Assembly (NCBI RefSeq): GCF_006345805.1
Contig: NC_043002.1
Location: 71,548,001-71,612,000, forward strand
DNA length: 64,000 bases
Direction: 5' to 3'
Source of the DNA: Octopus sinensis
Taxonomy: Eukaryota
Shown here: positions 12,742 to 26,680 of the stretch, piece after piece
Layout of the letters: each line of letters starts with the position of its first letter
Position numbering within the stretch: position 1 is the first letter of the stretch
The notes under the pieces: model-generated
Database searches by the model: none
Seen by the model: the letters and a program-made list of their open reading frames with translations, nothing else
What the model was told of the DNA's origin: nothing
Position numbers and translations under genes: made by a program

Positions 12742-12887
12742 TCGTGAAGTATATTTACCACTTAAATGTGGCTAACCCTCAAAGGTGGATGCTACTGTAG
12801 CTTGTAGCCCCAGGAGGACACCTCCTCCAGCTGGCTATTGACGCACTTAAGGGTTAGCCACATTTAAGTGGCATATATACTTCACGA
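12742..12887. repeat. 146-bp foldback element with 38-bp inverted repeats
   Basis: 12742-12779 vs 12850-12887, 2 mismatches. Confidence 0.85.
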
Positions 12888-12961
12888 TTACGTGCAACTA
12901 CTGTTTATACCTCGCTCAGAGATTTATTATATATTTTTATTCTGCTTTAAATGCATATACA

Positions 12962-13035
<74 letters not shown>

Positions 13036-14719
13036 CATTATGCAGATGTTTATATCCGTTCGTATATGTTTTCTTATATATACTATTGTGCATATGCCAA
13101 ACACGAATTCATGAAGAAATGCTATAGTGTGTGAAGAGGAAGAGGAAGAAGAGACAAAAATAAACGGAAGCATATCCACCTAAAACGATGTAATGCATTT
13201 AAGGTTATATCAATGTTAATATAATTTAAAATGGGAAAACTATATTTAATTTACATCGACCGATTTTTAAGCATAATGTTGCACATATGCAAAACACGGA
13301 AGCAAAATGCAAGAGTGAAGAAGAGAAATATAAATGTTAGCTTATCAGACTAAATTATTGTAATACCATTAAAGATATACCATTAAGATAACTTAAATAA
13401 GAAAAATATATTTAATTTACATCAACCGATTTCTGCATTTGTTATCACTCATGAATTTATTATTTACAGAATGAATGATCATTTTTAATCTTTTTAAAGA
13501 ATTAACAAATGTATTTCTTGAAAAACGAAGAGAAGTCGTCCGTTAATATATCGGAGATAAATTCTGTTGCAAACCGTTAATATAAATTATTTTCATATTT
13601 CAAGTTATCTTCATATTCAATCGTAAATTTATATTTCAAGTTATCTTCGCATTCAGTTTTAAGTTCATCATTATAATTCTATATATGCTTTTTGTTTGTT
13701 TTTTAATTAACGTTTTTAAAATTTATTTTGATCAACCACCTGTTTGACAACAATATTGTAAAAATAGTATTGTAAAATAAAAGATGACATCTTTTCGCTA
13801 TACTTTCTGCAATTATGCACAAATTTCATTTTAAACCCTCTGAATGGTCTCCAGATCGCGATCGTCTGTAATGTAAGAGAAATTCTACAGCATTAAACTT
13901 CAATAAAACGTTGACTCAAGAAACCCAGTGCATACACTGTCGCTCCATTACTAATGGAATTAAATTTCAGTGAGTATTTTGGATGGTAGATAGTATTAGA
14001 TTCCTCTTTTATATTCCATGGATAACTTCTGCCACGTGTATTTCTTGAAGCATCTGTTTGTAGTTTGTGGTCACATACAATTATGTCATACGGGAGGAAT
14101 ATAATTTGGTTGTTGGGTTTAATATCTCGGTCCACTGATATCTTTTGTTTATTTCAAGGTGTTCATCTTCATTGCTTGTCATTTTTTTATGTTCTTCCAT
14201 TGTGCAAAATTTTGGCTTTGTATACTATATATTTGTTTTCAACTGGTATATTCTGTTTCTTCATTACTTGAAATTAACCGTCCACATTCTCCGTGTCAAG
14301 CTTTCAGTAAGTTTTATTAATTTCATGGTCTGTTGCTTTCATTTTCTGTGCGCATGTATGGCCTTCTCGGTGGATTGTTTATAATTTGGTTTTGTAGTAT
14401 TTATCAAATTTTCTCTGAAAAACTTCAGTTTTGGCTTTTTATTTCATGGTTCTACAGCAGCTAATTATCGTACTCAGGCATTCATACGTTTTTATCTGAA
14501 ATCTTGGATACCAATATTGACAGATTGTTTTCTGTTGTAGAGGTTGATACATTACTGAAATCCGCATTCCATACGGTGTTAATACAGATTTACAGTCACA
14601 GCTACGATCCTGTCGGAAGTAATTAAATAAGTCTACATATTCATGGATACTGAAATATGTAGACATCGCACAGTATACAATATCGTGAGGTTGTTGATTG
14701 TAGACATTGTGTCTACCGG

Positions 14720-16590
14720 GGGTTTGTATTTTTTGTCAAGTCACAACAGCTCTTTACGCAATATGCATGCAGTCTCAAGAAATGCCGACTTTTGCAATAC
14801 ATCTAGATTGTAGGGAATTTCTAAGGTTTTCAGATGTCTTTTTCAGATTGAGTGGTATTGGACCCAATGTTCCGGTGAAAATAGGGATGGCCTTTATGTT
14901 TGACTCTCGTAGCTGCCATATCTTAGTGATCTCAATTCTCAAGTCTCCATATTCATCAACCTTTTCTCTGTCTTTCATGATAATAAGTTGATCACCTGGC
15001 ACTGCCACGTCAATCGTTAGGCACTCTTGTTTGTTTGTCCTAAAGGTTACTTTAGCCGGCCTTCGTTGCTCTAACACCTTGTCTGCCTGGAAGTCAAAGA
15101 CCCAGAGGATGTTTGTCTTTCCCACCCTTTCCGTCCATTACCTTTTACGGTGTATGTTGATACAAAGAAACTTAAACATCATATACATACTAACGACATA
15201 GTAGCCAGTGGTGGTTTGGGGTTACCTTGTCGTGTCCACGCTTGTACTCATTCTGCGCTAGACTTTCAGAAGCACTGGCAATGTGAGTCACGCGCTCGAC
15301 CTTCTTCCAACACATTCTGCAGAAGTCCGATGCACTTGTGTGGTATATATTCTTTTTCATTGATTTGGTATTCAACACCTGGTCCTGGGCAGCGATGATT
15401 AGGCTTTCAGTATTTTTGTTAGGTCACCTTTGTTGAGCCACCTCTGTGATGCTTCCTGATCTTTTAATTTGCTGGCTTCACGGTGGAACTGACCATATAA
15501 TTCAATACAGGGTAGGCTTTCTCTTCTCACACTGGTTGTTATTATTCGGAATTTATGAGCACTCTCAAGACCATTTTTTGTTAACTCCTTTTGCAGTAGC
15601 AGCATACTGTAGCAGGTTTGCTTGCTGTTTACCAAATATTCTACCATGTTTCTTCTTTCGCTGTTGATGTACTCCCGTACGCTAATCAAGCCACGTCCAC
15701 CCTTACCTCTCTTCATGTAGAGACAATTCTCATTGTCTTTTGGAAAGTGCGATCGAGATGATCAATCTCCGCTTATGTCCATTTCGAGATGGGTGCACTA
15801 TGGCGGACTACAGCAACAGCCCATATATTGATGCTCCTTGAGTTGAGCTTTGATTTCAAGAGAAGTTTGATGGCGTATTTTTTGTCTGGGAAGGATCACA
15901 GGATAGTTTAATGGACGTCTTGCATTTCTATTGCTCTCTGAGAAATCATTCAACCAGAACTCAGTAATTGTATCCTTTCCTGGAGACTTCCATTTGCTTG
16001 ACTTCCTGAGTGCAGATCTTACATCCTCTACCTTGATATACTCCTACTTTTGCTCTTCCAGTCAGTCTAAGTCTGTAGATATTCTATCAGTCCAAGGGGT
16101 GTTTTCATTGTGTTTTTTCTTTAGCCCAAATGTTATTCCAAAATTTCTGCACTTCTTTTCATAGGAAAGACTTTACTGTAACTGCTATTTTCCTTATCTG
16201 TAAAAAGTTATTGGGTTATTTTTTAACACGTTCCTATCCTTGAAGAATCTAACACGCTTTTCATACCTTGCTATGCAAGCAGCTTTAGGACATACCTTTT
16301 GCTTGATAGTTTCTGTCGTGGTATCGATGTCAAGTATGATTTTCATATATTTTTTCTTTAATTTTCGGATTTTTGTTGGTTTGATAGTGTTTTCAAACTT
16401 AACGTTTTGAAGCATTCTATATCAGACCTAAGTAGCTGAATTTGGTGTTGAACACACTCTTGCCAAGTAGGCTTTTCGTGGGAATGTTGTCGTTTTCTAA
16501 TCTTTTCACCACATAGAATCGTTGAAATTTTCGCGGATGCATTGTACATGTAGTTGACGTCAGTAATATCAATATCGTTAGCTGAAATTA
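14720..16590 (-). mobile_element. Decayed, internally deleted R4/Dong-clade retrotransposon (second family)
   Basis: RYEKRVRFFK (16194-16415), KRGKGGRGLIS (15399-15716), CRMCWKKVERVTHIASA (15190-15378), IDVAVPGD..EKVDEYGDL (14775-15125); short TAA run at the 5' edge. Confidence 0.85.
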
Positions 16591-17112
16591 TTATTATTAC
16601 TTCTACCGCTAATGCTATTAATACTACAGCTACTACTATTGCTACTACTACTACTATTATATATATATATAAGATGCTGCCACGAACATATATGTAACAT
16701 CAATGTAGTCTGCTTGAAAGAAAAATTGAAGTCATGTTAACTATATAAAACTGCGGTCTCTAGATCCCACAGGTCATAATTTCTCATACAATCTCTATTA
16801 TTCACCAACCAGATTTATTGGCAAAATCAGATAACGGCACCTGTGGTCGCCAACTATATTTTGTCTAGTAACATGGAATCACAAATTGATGCTAACTGGT
16901 CACGTGTACTGTATACAGATGTGTTCATAAGCAAATGTAAAAGCATTACTGTTGTATTATGGGACATTCCATTGAGATTTATTATAACGTCTGATCACGC
17001 TTCTATATTTTTGCTTCAAATATATTAAGATTTCGTAATGTTAGTCATACACTTCTCTAGTGTATTGGTAACATCATTGAAATAAAACTAGATACGAATT
17101 ATAAATAAAAGA

Positions 17113-17266
17113 CGAGACTGTGTGGTAAAAGGTTAGCTTCCCGGCAACATGCTTCCAGGGTTCAGTTCCACTGCGTGGCAGCTTAGACGACTGTCTACTA
17201 CAATAGCCTCGGTCCGACAAAAGCCTTGTAAGCGGATTTGCTAGATGGAAAGTGAAAGAAGCCCAT
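17113..17266 (+). mobile_element. SINE family A, 5' fragment
   Basis: Diverged head homology. Confidence 0.65.
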
Positions 17267-17288
17267 GCATGGAAGACGGGTGTTAATC

Positions 17289-17359
<71 letters not shown>

Positions 17360-17462
17360 CGATGATGATGATGATGACGATGATGATGATGAGGAGGAGG
17401 AGGAGGAGGAGGAGAGGATGAAAGACGAGGATGATTATGATGATGATGATGATGATGATGAT
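17289..17462. repeat. (GAT)n/(GAG)n microsatellite
   Basis: Direct reading. Confidence 0.95.
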
Positions 17463-17539
17463 ATAATTACATTTCAGCGTGTAACCACATACGTGCTGTT
17501 CCTGGACTTTTTCCTTCCTTCTCTAGACTTTTATTTCTG

Positions 17540-17572
17540 CTTCTGACGAAGAGCGATGCTCGAAGCGTAAAA
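17540..17572 (+). ncRNA. Degenerate minimal hammerhead motif
   Basis: CTGACGA-A-GAGC-GAT-GCTC-GAAGC-GTA; related to 45899-45934. Confidence 0.45.
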
Positions 17573-18213
17573 ACCCACTCTTTTTTTTCCACCTTTACAG
17601 AGCGTCTAGGTAATACACTCCAATAAATACATCTTTGTTATTTTGTTTTTGTTATTTTAACGTTCGATTTAATATTTAGTTTTTAATGTTCGGTCTGTGT
17701 GTGTATGTCTATGTGCGTGTGTGAATGTGCGTGTGTGTGTATTCGTTTGCGGGTGTATCCATGTTCTTGGACACACACAAAATGATCAGTTCCTTAAGGA
17801 ACACATGCATTTCCCAAAATACAGATTCCTTTGGGTGAATACATAGAGAAATGAGCAGGTAATATCAACTCAACTTCACAGTTTTCACCATCTTCAGTTG
17901 CAAAGAAACAATTTCTGTGTAAGAACGCTTAAAGAAAATGCATTTATTGAAAAATACAGAACACGTTTGAATATAAACACATAACCAACTTTGGTCTCAG
18001 TTATATTTTAATTCATGATCCCATGCCCAACAATGTAAATATTTCATCTCACTACTTTAGCGTTTGAGTTTTTCTTATTATTTATCATCCCACCCGAAAA
18101 CAATGAGCAATTACCTACTCTGTCCCGAATAATAACTATCACCAATTACATCCTCTTTGATTTTTCTACTTGTTGATTCATTTACAAACTTTCTTCCAAT
18201 TACATGGACTAAA

Positions 18214-18267
<54 letters not shown>

Positions 18268-18783
18268 TTAACCAGGCGGCCACGCTGTGGGACTAAGACC
18301 AGAACCGTGTGTAGTTGGGAAGAAAACTTTATACCACACAGTCATATACGTATACGTGTGTGTATGTTTGTGTATGTGTGTGTGGGTGGGGTTGCGTGTG
18401 TGTGTGTGGGTGGGGTTGTGTGTGTGTGCATGAGTGTAGGTAGGAAGGTAGACCCCGAGGAACTTCTCTTTAATAATGTATGCAATTTTTGCGTAATCAT
18501 TTGATACTGAAGAAATCCGACTAAAAGCATGACGTCGGTTTCTATTTAGGAATATTAATGACTTCAGTGTTGAAACGAGAAAATCAAAAGAAGCAGACTT
18601 AAATAAATATATAAAGCTTAGTAATTCCTTACATTATTGTATTTAAATAATAAGGAAATAGAACACATTCGTGGCGAGACATTTTTTCTCGAGCAGAAAT
18701 CCAAAAAGTCAAAACAATGAAAATCGGCATATCGCCACAAGCGGTGCGCTCTTATATATAAGGGCATTGTATATATGTATATG

Positions 18784-18832
<49 letters not shown>

Positions 18833-18921
18833 TATATACATATATATGTATATATATATATACACATATATATATATATATATATATACATACATATATG
18901 CATACATACATATATAGATAT

Positions 18922-19006
<85 letters not shown>

Positions 19007-19094
19007 ATAATATCAAAGGGTAATCGGAAATAGAAATTTCCATTACCAGTGGCCTAGCGTGTAAAAGTTTAGTCAATATACTATATATTATTCA

Positions 19095-19248
19095 TATAAA
19101 TACAGTGTACATTTAAATACATAAGAGGTGTCCATCATAGGACTACCTGCACGCTAGAGAGGACCGTTAAATTTAACTGTCCTCTCTAGCATGCAGGTAG
19201 TCCCATGATGAATACCGCTTATGTGTTTAAATATATACTGTATTTATA
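19095..19248. repeat. 154-bp spacerless imperfect palindrome between TA microsatellites
   Basis: 77-bp arms centred on GTTAAA|TTTAAC at 19171/19172. Confidence 0.92.
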
Positions 19249-19479
19249 AATATATATTTATAGATGTATGTATGCATGTATGTGTATATGTATATGTAAT
19301 GCATGTATATATATATATGTGTGTGTGTGTGTGAATATATAAATATATATAAAGAGAGAGATGCAAGCATATATATATACATCCATCCATATACATATAC
19401 ATACATACACACATACACAGACACCACATATATACTCATATCTATCCACACATATATATATATATATGTATGTATGTAT

Positions 19480-19551
<72 letters not shown>

Positions 19552-21467
19552 GTAGGTAAAACTTACTTGGAAATTGATGCGTGGCGTTCAATCATATAAT
19601 TATATATATAATATACTTATATATATTATATATGTAATATATATAATATATATAATATAAATAATATATATACATATACGCACATACTTACATACATATG
19701 TATATTCATATGCATATATGGGTACTGGGCGTCATAGAACCTAAACTACATGAAATACGAAATCAATAGGACATACGAAATACGAAAATATGGAATACGA
19801 ACGTTTTTTGCGAACCACGTAATAAACAAATAGAAAACAAAACAAGCAACATAAAGAACGACTCTTCATCAGTTGTCGGCAGTTAATCTACTCCGTATTT
19901 CGAGCAATTCACGACAAGATGCGTTTTCGACAAAATATAATTTTGGATTTTGTGAAGGGTCAAATTTGGTAACAAAAACATGATAGTGAAACAAACAGAA
20001 AGGACGGCTAAGCCTTAACCAGGTGAGGTGGCGAACAGTGGAGGAACAAGCTTTGACAGGAGACAGACAAGAATGCGTCTGATCTCTGCCGCTGATCGGA
20101 AGGAAAGAAAGAAACTCAGGTTAGGAAAAGAAATATGGCCGATGATATATATATATATATTTAGTAAATGAAAGACGGTAGATGGAATATACGAGATTGT
20201 TTCGACTCATCAAGCATCGATTTCTCATGAGTGTAACATTTAACAACTACTTCAGGAGCATCCGGCGGTGCAGATGTATCACATCGGGTGCTAAATTGAT
20301 GCAACTCGTTAAAATTACAATTCCACGATGTATCTTCTCATTTCGAAGAAAGAAAAGCAGCAAAACGAAAGAAATATCTTCATTTATAGAGAAGATCAAA
20401 AATAAAATCACAGATGCAAAAAAGAAACTAACACGCAATACAGCGAAAAAAAAGTATTAAAAATTATCGCTAACAGATATGGATATACAAACGCCCCCGC
20501 GCAAGATGCATGGCGTGCGCACACTCGCTCGTACATGTATCTGCGAAAATCATAAGCATGCGTACACGTGTGGCTTCGTGCACTCACTATCACAAAGCGA
20601 GCTAAATAGCTCTTTGGTCTTTATAAGAATGAGGAGGTTAAAGCGAAGCTTAATTCATCCATACCTTAAAGTAAATTATGAAAACAGTTACTCAAATTCA
20701 TTCCCACTGCGTTGTGCGAAAGTACATTTATATGCGTGTAGGCATCTTGAGAGTCTTTCACAAATTCTATTAATGATCTCCTCATTGGTCCAAAAATAGA
20801 CAGGGATTTCGCAGGTACTGCCATTCCTGACTCACTGGGAAATATCAGCGACAGGGCGATATTTTCATAATAGCCGTGATATTCTCGTTCCCGTGTTGAA
20901 AAAAAAATGATACCAGTAATAAATATATTTTACGCAGTCAGTTAAGTTCCTATAGAACAGTTTAAAAAACGGCCACACGAAATACAGCATATGTATGTAA
21001 GCCTTCTAAAATTACCAAATAAAATCGGCAAAAACATATGTTATACTTTTGTAAATATATCTATGTCATTATGACAGCGTCTATAGTAATCTGTAATGAT
21101 TTATTGGTAATATTGTTTTGGTAGGATTGAAACAGATTACTTGTTACTACGGAAAGCAATGAAACACAAGCAACAGACTAATATTGGCATATTTTGGATT
21201 ATTACATAGTACTAAATAAATTTAGGTTGTTAGCACAAAGACTTTGTCACTTGATTGAAATTGTAAGATCAGGGCAAATGCTAAATTATAATCATATGTA
21301 TGACGTCTATAATTAGATTTATTTGAACACTACAAAGAAACCTTATCCATCATCAAAGACAAGGAATTATGTGTACACAAGCACAGTGAGACACGCGCGT
21401 AACTAACATATTAGCGTTATAGACATTTTCACATAGATGCATATATATTCACTCTCTCTCTCTCTCT

Positions 21468-21514
<47 letters not shown>

Positions 21515-21610
21515 AATAAATATATACCTACACATATATATACTAATAAATATAAAAATATTTGCGTATGTATATATATATATATATAATATATATATAT
21601 ATATATTTAC

Positions 21611-21658
<48 letters not shown>

Positions 21659-22124
21659 TGTAAATGAAATCACACGCACTCTCGTAAGTGAATTTACATA
21701 ACTATTGACATACACATGGTTATCATTACGAATTCAATTTGCAAGTGATAACGTAGCGCCGCAAGTGCTAGCATAATTTTAAATTACATTATATCGCTGT
21801 ACAACTCGAGACAACTACGTAGAGATCAGGTTATCATCAAGTGGCTTTGATGGTATTTACTTCATTTATAAAATCACTTGAAGTATCTAATGTAGTGTAC
21901 GTAGATTTCGTTGTTGTTTCCCGAAGCATTTTACAAGGGTCCACTAATATCTAACACTTTTGTAATTTGCAGATCTTAGCTAAACTTGCCTAAAAACAGA
22001 GAAAAGTTCGTAACTCACGTTTTATTCCTAGCTGTGCATATACACATACACATATATAAGCGAGTCTTTATAATATTTGTCTGGTTGCTTTGTACGCCTA
22101 CAAGTATTCGTTGTATCTATCTAT

Positions 22125-22180
22125 CTGTCTATCTGTTTGTCTATATCTATCTATCTATCTTCTCTCTCTATATATATATA

Positions 22181-22213
<33 letters not shown>

Positions 22214-22224
22214 ATGAGTGAGTG

Positions 22225-22261
<37 letters not shown>

Positions 22262-22374
22262 ATATATATATATGTATATATATATATACATATATATATG
22301 CATATATATGTATATATATATATATATACGTATATATATGTATATATATGTATATATATATATATGTGTGGCTG

Positions 22375-22447
<73 letters not shown>

Positions 22448-22460
22448 TTATATATATACG
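22125..22460. repeat. Compound CTAT/TG/AG/TA microsatellite
   Basis: Direct reading. Confidence 0.93.
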
Positions 22461-24281
22461 TAGGCAAGGGCAGACATACATTCAACGCAATTCACGACTT
22501 CTGAATTGATATATTATTTTCAACGTCTCATTCCTAAGGAGATATCTTTGTACATCGCAGTACTCATTACCAAGGTACGTGTCGTATCCACATTCAGTCT
22601 CTCCTCCTTTTACTACTACTAATACAACTAATACTACAACTACTATTTATATAACCACCAGCATCACTATTACCGCTGCTGTTATTATTGCTCTTACGAA
22701 TACTGCTGTTGGCGTCAAGTACAGCAAAAATTACTCGTTTGAAATATTTCTCTAATCTATTGTAAGTAGATATCCCTTTCACTCATATTCTCTCTCTGTC
22801 ATACTTCTTCTCGAGCTTTCTTCTAATGAATGAATCCTCGGCTCTTGTCTTGCTCCTTCCCTGCGTAGAATTCCTTGCAGATAGGGGCTCTTCATGAAAT
22901 ACTTGGCTCATTTTCTAAATGATTTCACAATTTACGTGAGAGCATTATTATTCTTTTCTTTTTTGTCTTTCCCATTGTTCCTGTTAGTTTATCACTCATG
23001 TCCTTCCTTTATCTGCTTCCCATTGTTGCAAGAAAATGGAGTGATTCCAACTGGTATGGAGGAGGAAGTTCCTCGCCACCATTTTCTGGCATTGTGAACG
23101 AAACGATTCCTTTCAACATCCTCAAAACTCCAATAGTGATCGAACTGGTACTATTCAGGAGGCAACAATTTCTGTTACTTTATTCTTACTTTACTTTTGC
23201 CTCTGTTTATTTATTCTTTACTATTGCCTCTGTTGAGTGCTACTTTCTTTCAAAGCATTTCCGTTTCTCTTAGTTAGAAATACTTTAAACAGTTACACCA
23301 CTCAAATGTATAATAGTTGTATCACGAAACTCAATGCTTTCATTTCCACAATCAAGAGAAATCTCAGCTCTAGGATATCTCAGTGATCTTCAGGATCTCT
23401 ATCTCTATGAAAAGTCCACACGAACAAGTTTCATTCCAGATTACTTCGGGGCTGACCACTGAATCCTATTGAGCGGCAACGGATACGATATTCTAAGTAT
23501 CGACATTCATTATCAATATCTTATGGTACAATTATTGTCATACGTCGCTCCATGAATTACGGCACCAACTTATTGGCAGCCTGTTGGCTGGCTTCGATAA
23601 AATATGCACACCATACATCGACCAGAGCTTCTTTTACTTCCTATTTTGAGCATATATTGGACACGACTATTTCCCTACAGACACAGTTATATTTCTTCCC
23701 TCCTTGACTTCGACAGCAAAGTAAGAAAACAGAACTTTAGTCTAACTATCTCACGGCCTCCATTTTGGGATAGAATTGATTCATGACTAATATTTCTCCC
23801 TCGCTCGTCAGACCAGCAGAAATGATATTGTGTATCGTCTCTGTGTTACATTTATTGTTATCAATACTTGTGCATGTTTTAGTTTGAAAGTCATTGTTTA
23901 CAAATGCATTCGCTGCAAGAATTCTTGTTTTTCTGGGCATTTATGAAAGTCTTAATATTTTTCTTTCTAGCTACGTCTGTTTGTAATATTATCATCATCA
24001 CTCCCATTTGTTTAACTTTGTAAATACATTTTTTTATCATCATTTTCAACATTTTTCTCCGAATTCTTAGAAACTTGTTTACGAAATATGATCTGAAAAT
24101 GTCTAAGGACAAACAATATTTTCAATGTACAGATTTTTGCATTGAAATGTTCCAAAGACTTCTGTTGAAAATATAATCCAAAAGGAGAAAATATTTCATC
24201 CAGAAAAAGTTGGTAATAATCCAATTTCTTCGAGACCAACACGAGAGATTTCTGTGCAAGACAAAACACGACGACAATGAT

Positions 24282-24343
<62 letters not shown>

Positions 24344-24621
24344 CGACGACGATGGTGATGATGACGACGACGACAATAATGGAAAGAATAATAATAACAA
24401 GGAATTAAAATAATAAAATAACCTGCATTACTCACTCCACGCAGAATAGAACGAAGACTATTATGACAAGAAACAAGAAAGTAAAACCCACAACAGAACG
24501 CACTAATATAGTGTAACAAGAAATATAAGAGCACAAATCTACATCCACATCCATCTCAGGAATAGACAAGTATAATAGGAACTTGCAGGAATCTACCGAT
24601 ATAAGAATAATGATAATAATA

Positions 24622-24834
24622 ATCCTTTCTACCTATATGCATGAGGCCTGAAATTTTGAGGAAGGGGCTAGTTGATTATTTCGATCTCAGTGTGTAAAGG
24701 GTACTTATTTCATCGATCCCGAAACGATGAAAGGCAAAGTAGACCTCGCCATAATTTGACCTCTAAACATAAAACGAACGAAATCGCGCTAAGCATTTTG
24801 CCCGGCGTGCTAACGATTCTGACAGCTCGCCACC
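24622..24834 (-). mobile_element. SINE family B (diverged)
   Basis: Reverse-complement homology to family B. Confidence 0.75.
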
Positions 24835-24844
24835 TATTACCCTA

Positions 24845-24942
24845 ATCATAACACCAACTTGAAAGTATAAATAGTTATCTCTTGAAATCTCTGGGAGAGA
24901 CTTGAAGTCAACTTGTACAAATATAAAGCAAAAGGCAAACAT
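24845..24942 (+). mobile_element. R4/Dong family 1 3'UTR fragment
   Basis: CTCTTGAAATCTCTGGG...CTTGTACAAATATAAAGCAAAAGGCAAACAT matches ~35037-35101. Confidence 0.7.
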
Positions 24943-25082
24943 ATAGCCATGATGGGCTACTCGACTTGAAGAAATTTTAACTGAGCCCCACCTGCAAGTT
25001 CATGCGCCGTTTATCTTGAGAAGATTAGCATGGCCCTTGCGTAAGGATGACACGCAAATTCATGAAGCGTACCATATTTTTT

Positions 25083-25249
25083 AGGCGCAAGAGTGGCTGT
25101 GTGGTAAGTAGCTTGCTTACCAGGCAAATGGTTCCGGTTTCAGTCCTACTGCGTAGCACCTTGGGCAAGTGTCTTCTACTAAAGCCTCGGGCCAACCAAA
25201 GCCTTGTGAGTGGATTTGGTAGACGGAAACTGAAAGAAGCATGTTGTAT

Positions 25250-25336
<87 letters not shown>

Positions 25337-25542
25337 TACGTCAGTTTTCGATACCCACCATCGCTTGATAACAGATGTTGATGTGTTTACGTCCCCGTAA
25401 CCAAGCGGTTCGGCAAAATACACCGATAGAATAAGTAGGTAGTCTTACAAAGAATAAGTCCTGGGGTCGATTTGTTTGCCTAAAGGTGAGCTCTAACATG
25501 GCTGCAGTCCCATGACTGAAACAAATAAAAGCATAAAAGAAT
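25083..25542 (+). mobile_element. SINE family A
   Basis: Homology to 5059-5457. Confidence 0.85.
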
Positions 25543-25547
25543 GATAA

Positions 25548-26205
25548 TGCTGAATACCACAGATTTGCTTATCAGTTGCTTGACTTTAACCAGTTGAGCA
25601 TGTCCCTTAGTGATTGATATGTGTATCTCTCATAGCGAACGGGTGTATTGGGGTCGCATTATAGCCATGTTTTGAGAGGAACTCTATGGGCTTTGAATAA
25701 TTCATCTCTGGAATCATAGGTCTTTTGGTCATCATCTTTAAACAAACTTTATTCAGGGACTATTTGAGCAGGATGGGCTACTCGACGTGAAGAAAATTTT
25801 AATTGAACCCCATCTGCAACCTCATGCGATGTTTATCTATGAGATCACAATGTCGCGTACATATGGTTATGAAGCATGTGCCTGATATACCCTTATCAAT
25901 GCCCTGATGCAGTACCAGGCTTCTCATCTTAACTGATTGGAAATCTTTTGTCTTTGTATAAAAACTGTCCTACAACATATATTCGGCCCAATACCACAGA
26001 TTTGCTTCTCTGTTAATTGATTTTAACCATTTGAGCATGTATCTTAATTGCTGATGATATTTGCATCCCTGACTGCGAGGAGAAATAGCGGGGGAGCATC
26101 GAAGCCATGTGTTTCGAGGATTTCTTTTGGGGTCTGAATAAATCTCCTCTGGAAATATAGGTGTTTTTTTCATCATCCTTAAACAAACCTTATTCGGGGA
26201 ACTTA
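25548..26205 (+). mobile_element. Two tandem partial copies of the ~520-bp TAA-associated repeat
   Basis: 25548-25897 and 25899-26205 align to parts of 9688-10204; the second starts GCCCTGATGCAGTACCAGG. Confidence 0.75.
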
Positions 26206-26221
26206 TGAGCCGTTGACTAAT

Positions 26222-26374
26222 GAAGTTAACATAATAGACAGAGAACACCACTGGAAAATACGAAAACTAAAAGAAGCAGCACATATGCTAAGACACAACG
26301 ACCTCCTAAGCAGGCTGAGTGCAGATATGAACAGCCTATGCGAACCGGTATTAAGGAAGGATAGAAAATATTAG
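26222..26374 (+). pseudogene. C-terminal fragment of a Penelope-like GIY-YIG endonuclease ORF
   Basis: EVNIIDREHHWKIRKLKEAAHMLRHNDLLSR...EPVLRKDRKY*; matches the I(L/I)D.E..W..R..KEA.H..LNR pattern of PLE endonuclease ends. Confidence 0.65.
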
Positions 26375-26399
26375 ATTTATAAGGCCTAAAATTCACTCC

Positions 26400-26468
26400 C
26401 GGGCTACTAACGCCAAAATTCCGAGTTCGATTCCAAGCAGTGACCTGAACAACAACAACAACAACAGC

Positions 26469-26508
<40 letters not shown>

Positions 26509-26680
26509 TAATAATAATAATAATAATATCGAAAAATACCTTAGGAATGAGAACCCAGGTTCGAAATTTCCCCAAAACACCTGAAGGCTGGAGGGTATAT
26601 CAGCCGAAACGTTGTGTTAACAACAAACAAGATGAGGACAAATATCCGTCGAATGTAAATAATGTAAATAGTGTACATAA
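26400..26680 (+). mobile_element. PLE 3'/pLTR region: partial tRNA-like module, AAC/AAT array and hammerhead motif (26577-26617, 3-nt core deletion)
   Basis: Homologous to 9441-9488 plus 10245-10405. Confidence 0.75.

Noticed and set aside
18740-18772. Pogo-like terminal repeat (minus strand TACAATGCCCTTATATATAAGAGCGCACC)
   Set aside because: No partner TIR or transposase found
19850-19880. Hammerhead on the minus strand (CTGATGAAGAG)
   Set aside because: No closing stem II and GAAA at a plausible distance
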